DNA from: the human T2T-CHM13v2.0 reference genome, Homo sapiens
Length of the DNA: 64,000 nucleotides
NCBI RefSeq assembly: GCF_009914755.1
Contig: NC_060939.1
Strand: one strand, 5' to 3'
Translations under genes and position numbers: made by a program
Shown: positions 61,360 to 64,000 of the stretch, in pieces
How positions within the stretch are numbered: the first letter of the stretch is position 1
Layout of the letters: each line of letters begins with the position of its first letter
Notes under the pieces: model-generated
Seen by the model: the letters and a program-made list of their open reading frames with translations, nothing else
What the model was told of the DNA's origin: nothing
The model's database searches: none

Positions 61360-61899
61360 TCTAACTGGAATTTTTAACCAGGATTCAACAATAGCTTTAT
61401 GGAATCTGTGTGTATGTTGTGTTATATGCAGTATTTTGGTTATTTGTTCATTCACATGGGGGAGAGAGTCCATTGTTTTATTTACTTCTCAAAAGGTTCT
61501 GTAATCCCTAAAGGGCCAAGAACCACTTATCTGCAGGATACAATTTAAACATCTTAGCATGACATACAAAGTCCTCATTATCTGGCTGGCCTCAGCCCAT
61601 TGCTTTGATTTTCTCTTCTGTTACATTCTCTGTTGCTTCTATTTCTTTATCCTCTTTTCATGCTCCAGTAGTCAAAGTACTTTGTTTCTCTAAAAGCACC
61701 TAATGGTTTATAATCTCGACGTCTTTGCTCTTAACGTTCTTTCTGCCCAACCCTTTTCTTTGCTTCTTATCCCACCATTTCATTGGTTTGCTGAACACCT
61801 ACTCATCTATTTAGACTTCACTGGTTTAATTCCTATGTGGATGTAATGATTACTGTGCTATATCCTCTTGGATATATCCGTATTGTACTTTATATTCTG

Positions 61900-62326
61900 A
61901 TTTCAGCATTGCTGGCAGCCCATGTTAAGCTAGCAGCTTGTATGAGTGCCTCTTCTTTGTAGCCATTGTGCGTTCTCCAAAGTCACTAAGGCAGATGTGT
62001 TACCCAGGCACATCTTTGTGGAGAAGTTAACCCTTCTAGGGGGAAACACTCAAACAATGAGAATGTGAATGGGTCAATGCCCCAGGCTTCCCATTGCCTG
62101 TGGGCCAATGGTAGGCACATTCGACATGACTCTTCAGAGAGATCCCTGAGAGATTGGGCCGGGGGCTGTCCACACAGTTAATCTGCTCATTAAGCCCCCT
62201 TTATTGGCTTGCTTTCTTTCCTGAATCACTTTTCTTCCTCTTTCACTCCTGCTTTCTAGATTACTGCTCCCTGCATCCAAGTCTTTATCTCAAGCTCTAC
62301 TCTCAGGTGCATCTAGATCCAGACAC
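61900..62326 (+). mobile_element. LTR16-type ERVL LTR
   Basis: gagaagttaacccttc...tctcaagctctactctcagg...ccagaca. Confidence 0.5.
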
Positions 62327-62439
62327 CCTCTTGACTGTGTGCGTCTATTTTAGCTGTGAGATGCTGCTTTAGCATCTCTTGCCCTTTGTTGATCTCATTT
62401 AATGATTTCTTTCTAGTAGACTATTACTTGTGGGGCGTA

Positions 62440-62880
62440 AACAGCTTATCTTATTGTGATGTGAGTGGGCACCATCCAACTGGCTGCCAGTATGGGTAGA
62501 ACAAAGCAGGTAGAAGAAGGGAGATAGGTTTTGCTGAGTCTTCTTGCTCTCTTTCTCTTCCTGTGTCAGATGCTTGTTTCCTCTCCTCAGGAAGGACATC
62601 AGATTCTATGTTCTTCAGCCTTGGAATCTGGGACTTAAACCAGCAGCCTTCTGGGGGCCCTAGGGCCTTTGGCTTCAGACTGAGGGCTGCACTGTTGGCT
62701 TCTCTGGTTTTGAGGTTCTCAGACTTGGACTGAGTCATACTACTGTCCTCTCTCCCTCCCCAGCTTAGAGACAGCCTATCAAGGAGACTTCTCCTTGTGA
62801 TTATATCAGCCAATTCTCCCTCTTTTGTATACCTATATATCCTGTTGTTTGTGTCTCACTGGAGAACCCTGATTAGTACA
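62440..62880 (+). mobile_element. MLT2B-type ERVL LTR (partial)
   Basis: gtgggcaccatccaactggctgccag...ggagaaccctgattagtaca terminus. Confidence 0.8.
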
Positions 62881-64000
62881 CTTATTCATTATTGGTCCCT
62901 AAGCAGGTACATAGTGGACCCTCAACAATGTGTAAAAGGCACAGTGCATGAGAGCTGTCTTCAGATATCTGAAGGGTTACCTTGTGTTTACATATGTCTG
63001 GGGAACAGAACCAAGACCAAAGAGTAGAAGTTACAGGAAGACAGATTATAATTCAATACATTGTTTATCAGTGCACCTATGGGAGGTGATATTTGATAGC
63101 AACAGTAACAGTGGCTCATTATGGCATGATGACCCACTCAGGGAAGATATTTGCCCACTCTTCTGCTGAGAAGTCCTATTATAGAAAGTTTTATAGAACA
63201 AGGACCACAAGCACATACCTGCAAGGACCAGGCTGGCATATAAACTAGTGAGGCAGGCTAAGTGTCACATAGTTGGGAATGGTGAGAACTGTGTGGAATA
63301 AAGTGTGTGTACCCTGACTCAAAGGGGTAGGTACTCCTTAGCTCCAGCCAACAGTTGCTAGACAGTAATGCAGATCCAGCACTGTCAGACCTTCCAGTTT
63401 TCCAAAAGTAAGTAGAAATCCAGATTCTTAGGTAAATCTTCCAATATAAAGACATTTGAGTCAAGAAGGCATCACCGTGGCTGGCTATGGCACATGGGTT
63501 GTTTGTAATCTTTGTGTAGTGGATGTAGCTGAGGATGCTAAAGCCTCAGATGTGAGGATAGCTTTCTAGAGAGCCAGATTCTGGTCAGCTTGCTCTCTTC
63601 AGGCCCATGAACACACTCTGCCTGTTCCCACCTTGGGCCTTTGGCCATCCTCTCTTCACAGAAGGGACACTGTGTGGCTCAGGCCCCTCTCCTGTGACAT
63701 CTCCCACTACTGGTCCTTCCCCAGCAAGCCCTGTCTTCTTGGTGCACCTTCAGCATTTCCAGCACTCAGATGTCTGCTGCAATTGCTCACTGTCTAGTAG
63801 TGTCATAGTTTGTCTTATCTGTGTAACTAAGTTATAAGTTCCCTTAATGCAGAGGTTCTACTTCATGTGGCTTTCCTGTCATTTGGAGCACAGTATTGGG
63901 TGCATAGCAGGTGCTCAATAAGAACTGTTGGTTAACTTTTGCTAGATGACTATCATACTCAGTGCTTATGGCATCCCTCTTAGTAGAAGATGAGGTAATA

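Overview
Primate genomic DNA, almost certainly human: a perfect AluYa5 segment is present and the exon peptides match human GALK2 as I recall it. The whole window lies inside GALK2 (N-acetylgalactosamine kinase, GHMP family, + strand). Three internal coding exons are present (32204-32302, 33783-33935, 42544-42754) and splice in frame. The rest is intron, dominated by transposable elements: a full-length antisense L1PA3-type element with open ORF1 and dead ORF2, an L1PA15/16 and an L1MA fragment, about 10 Alus, ERV/MaLR solo LTRs, DNA transposons, and L2/MIR/L3 relics. There are no prokaryotic systems or CRISPR arrays, and I found no recognisable RNA genes. The most unusual observations are: (1) an AluYa5 that primed in the mid A-linker of an older AluY and replaced its left arm, sitting 48 bp head-to-head from an Alu that shares private variants with the host; (2) the full-length L1 carries two different 3' ends inside one TSD; (3) a TSD-flanked, polyadenylated 85-bp retrocopy of a MER41 LTR R-region; (4) a tail-less internal L1 piece captured in a microsatellite; (5) an L1 antisense promoter aimed at the GALK2 exons, with ORF0 reduced to a short uORF; (6) a candidate decayed two-exon antisense coding relic at 53632-54030. 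Repeat subfamily names come from recalled consensus sequences, not from a database search.
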